Made by a program: the position numbers and the translations under genes | Part shown: positions 60,921 to 64,000 of the stretch, piece after piece | Layout of the letters: each line of letters starts with the position of its first letter | How positions within the stretch are numbered: the stretch's first letter is position 1 | The notes under the pieces: model-generated | Databases searched by the model: none | Told to the model about the DNA's origin: nothing | What the model saw: the letters and a program-made list of their open reading frames with translations, nothing else | Assembly: GCA_000708835.1 (NCBI GenBank) | Contig: DF237061.1 | Location: forward strand, 130,214-194,213 | Direction: 5' to 3' | DNA from: Klebsormidium nitens | Lineage: Eukaryota > Plantae > Klebsormidiophyceae | Length of the DNA stretch: 64,000 bases

Positions 60921-61549
60921 AACTTTTTCATACCGACAGCTTGGTACAGTGGTCGTTTTGCAACACTCGCCGTTTTCGCAGTTCCTGCGGCCATGCATGC
61001 TTTTCATAGCAGAGATGCATCTATAGTGTTTACCATGGCCTGGCCAGATGCCGTGCAAGCGATGCAAGACAATGTATGTACGGTCAATAAAAGGTGAGCT
61101 ACTTGAATTCCAACCTGCTTGAAGCCCACTCATTGCACCGCCCTGGAGTAAAGTGGTGCGGCATGCCAGCTCTAGAGTCGCTAGCTGGCCATGGCGCATA
61201 CAATGCGAAGCTTTGATTCAGCAAGGATCAGGACAAAACGTTCGCATCACTGGTCATTCGCAAACGAGTTCTTACAGGCTTTCGATACGATGTGCAATAA
61301 GAAGAAGGCTATCTAGCGCACCCGGTGTACGAGTACGGTCATGTGCCCCGAACCAAATATCATGTGGCGAAAGGACAAGAAGCTATAGAGCCATACCAAG
61401 AGCCCCAACCATTGACGGGGTAGATGCCAAACAGGATCAATGGTGAAATGAAGCAACACCATCTCAAATGGACTTCATGAGTATGTTACAAGTGTAGCCG
61501 GGTCGTTTCTAGTTGTCAATCGAAGAATCTGCTTGTGAGACAATTCCTC

Positions 61550-63695
61550 CTACCCAACTCTGTCACGGGGAATCAATCGTAGATCTGACCCGTATTTCAA
61601 AAAGACGTTGCCTGCAAACATCAAGGTCGTCCCATGCTATTAGCGGAATGGCAACTCTTCAATTCAGTGTCGTATTCAGCTATACGTGCACGATTGTTTT
61701 GCTACTCATTGAGCAATTCAATTTGGCAACAATAAGGCAAAGAAACAGAGAGAGATTCCATACGCTTTCGAGCTCCAAGAAGAATGCGAGGCGGACCGAG
61801 ATTCACCTGCACTTTGCTGTGGGCTGATGCCAACACCGTCTGCAAGAAGGTGAGGCAAAAGGCAGGACAAAGGACTGGCGTCAGCACACATGTTTGAAGA
61901 AGGTCTCACGATTCTTTCTCTCTCCCGTCTAACAGACTTCCCGCTTCAACCTCTTACGGCTGAACCACAGAGCCCCGCACACATGCTGGGTAATGCGCAA
62001 CGAGAAGACTTGTTCAAAGCAAGAGCCGTCTGTACTGTTTCGGGTAAACCCTCAATGGACTCAGTCCATTGGAATGTCGAGCGATTGCCGTCTGCCGCAC
62101 GCGGCATTCGTGGACTCCTCAGAACGAGCCAAAGGCGTCTTAGGGCCCAGATTGTTTCTAGGCAAGAGGAACGACAATGAAGTATGATTTTCGTTTCACG
62201 AGCCCAAGTCTACATCAAGCTTCAGATGATTCCGAAAAGCTCATTGGATATTGAGAAGGGTCTGCCTAAAAAGACCGGTCCGAACACGTTCTAAATACTC
62301 ACCGTTTGTAATGATCGCGCTCGTCTGAGGAGGAACTTTGAACTGCCCAAGAAGGGAAAAGGTGAAGTAAGAAGGGACACCCCCGAGCTCCTGGGGTAAC
62401 TGCTTCTACTGTTGAGCTGAACGAGGCGTGCGAAGACCGCTAACTTTCAGATGTTTATGCCTTGAAATACTCGAGAAGTCGCAAGTTCCTCTTTCATGTG
62501 TAAGCAAGCACGGACTGCCTGCTTAGTGGTTTTTTGAGGTGGTGTTGGATAGAATCCCTCACAGAACAACTGGTGTCAATGGCCACGGAGTACAGAATCA
62601 TCTTTTGCTGATAAAACTTACCTCCTCGGCTGCAAACTTTAGCACAGCAAGAAACGGTGCCTCTTCTGGGACATTGAACCTGAACGAAGAAAAATGGAAA
62701 CGCGTAAGGCCTTCCACGAACCGCCCCGGTGGTTCTTCACACAATCTCGGAAGTCTCCTTCTGGCCGGTGGCAAACACGGGTGACACTTGGATCAGCTCT
62801 GTTAAAACTAACCACAGCCTCTCCAATTACCGACGTCTGCGAAGCAGAATATGTTAGCCCCTTTCTACTCGTCTTGCTTGATTCTCCTGCCCTGACTGAG
62901 GAAACGGGCAGCGACCGGCCTCTGCAAACACTTTGGTACAGAGCGCGTGGCATCCGGTTAAAGAAAGTCAACCAGCGTGTTCCAGTTGCAGCTGTCATGG
63001 CTAACATCTTGAGAAACTAATCAAGTGGGTTGAATGCTAGAAGACTCACACTTTGTACGGTAGCTTGGGATCACTTGTCAGAGTGACCTTGAAAGAGACC
63101 TTGCCCCCTCCTGACCTGCAGCAGAGAAGTGGCGGGGTCACAGGTGTGATTTGAAAAGTCCCCTCCTCACAGATGTACGGTCACCAAAATCGTCCATCAT
63201 GAGCCCAGATGGATAGTCTTACCTGTTGATTCTTAATGAGGCGACACATTTCACTATCTGAGTTAAATTAGGCAACTGTCCATTCATATCCTTCAGAACT
63301 TCGCAGAGGCAGTTTTACTCACTTTCCTCGTTGCAGGCTGATCATAGTCAAACACTTCGATCACTCTATAAGCCCCAAGTCGGACAATAAAACTGGTCGA
63401 GTGCACACAGTGCTTCTTGACAACGTCTCTCTATCAATAAGAGGCCAGCCTCGTCGAAGCGTCTTTGTCAGCTGAGATCTTACTGTAGAAGGCTCCCAAT
63501 GTTGTGATGCCATCATACAGGCTGCATTGAGTACTAAGTCGTAAGATCTTATTACATGCTTAGAGGAAAGGAATGTCAAGCAGAAACTTCTTTACGTGTT
63601 ACAAAAACTGCATTATCTTCAGCATTGCAGGTGCTTCACCTCGCATCGCTGATACAAAATCTTTCGCTGCAGAAAGGGCGCTTTCAAGCTCACAT
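61550..63695 (-). CDS. UFM1: Ubiquitin-fold modifier 1
   Basis: Exons 63694-63695 (AT|GTGAGC), 63050-63115, 62622-62679, 62303-62342, 61807-61839, 61550-61611 give [86 protein letters not shown]. Confidence 0.96.
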
Positions 63696-64000
63696 CTTGT
63701 TGCTTGATCAACCACGTTTCAACCACGCCCAGGGATGCCGATAAGCTGCAAGGCCAGGCAATCCAATGTCACTGATCAGTGCTCAGTATAGTTGACTGTT
63801 GCTCCCATGGTATTCAGGTTGTTGCTCAAGGATTCTGAGCAGCAATGACACTGACAGAGCCAGCAGGGTTTGCAGCGAGTCATGGCCTGGGGACTGTTCG
63901 ATCTAGAACGAGGCGTCCCTTTCGAGATTGTCTGGCACCTAGCAACACAAAGGAACGAGTCGCTATTATCGCAGACCGTTACCACGTTTGGCCGCCCACA

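Noticed and set aside
19356-63695. Functional cluster of ER-ribosome quality-control genes (EMC3, UFM1, a DUB) with the Ala-RNAs
   Set aside because: They are tens of kb apart and separated by unrelated genes. Eukaryotic neighbourhood alone is not evidence.

Overview
Eukaryotic nuclear DNA, intron-rich, with plant/green-algal gene content. It resembles a streptophyte alga such as Klebsormidium (inference only). Spliced gene models I could reconstruct by hand are: two head-to-head glutamate-receptor-like genes that start directly at the ligand-binding domain, an MFS transporter, a Lys-rich conserved protein, PsbTn, EMC3, a UBP3/4 (USP12/46-type) deubiquitinase, a receptor-like kinase, a DUF1499 protein, a carotenoid-cleavage-dioxygenase pseudogene, a fused YeeE/YedE sulfur transporter, a Ser/Pro-rich unknown protein, a WW-domain membrane protein split by a perfect 90-bp palindromic insertion, and UFM1. 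The most striking signal is a pair of related, divergently oriented tRNA-Ala-like RNA genes (177 and 309 nt). Each has an intact acceptor stem with G3.U70/A73, a D-arm and a T-arm, but the anticodon arm is replaced by a large, different, hairpin-rich insert. Both have matching upstream CCCAC and TATA elements and oligo-T terminators. Other notable items are a hAT-type MITE with an 8-bp TSD, GTAC-dense repeats, and repeated degenerate echoes of exon/intron junctions inside introns. Exon coordinates marked ~ are hand-derived and may be off by a few bases.
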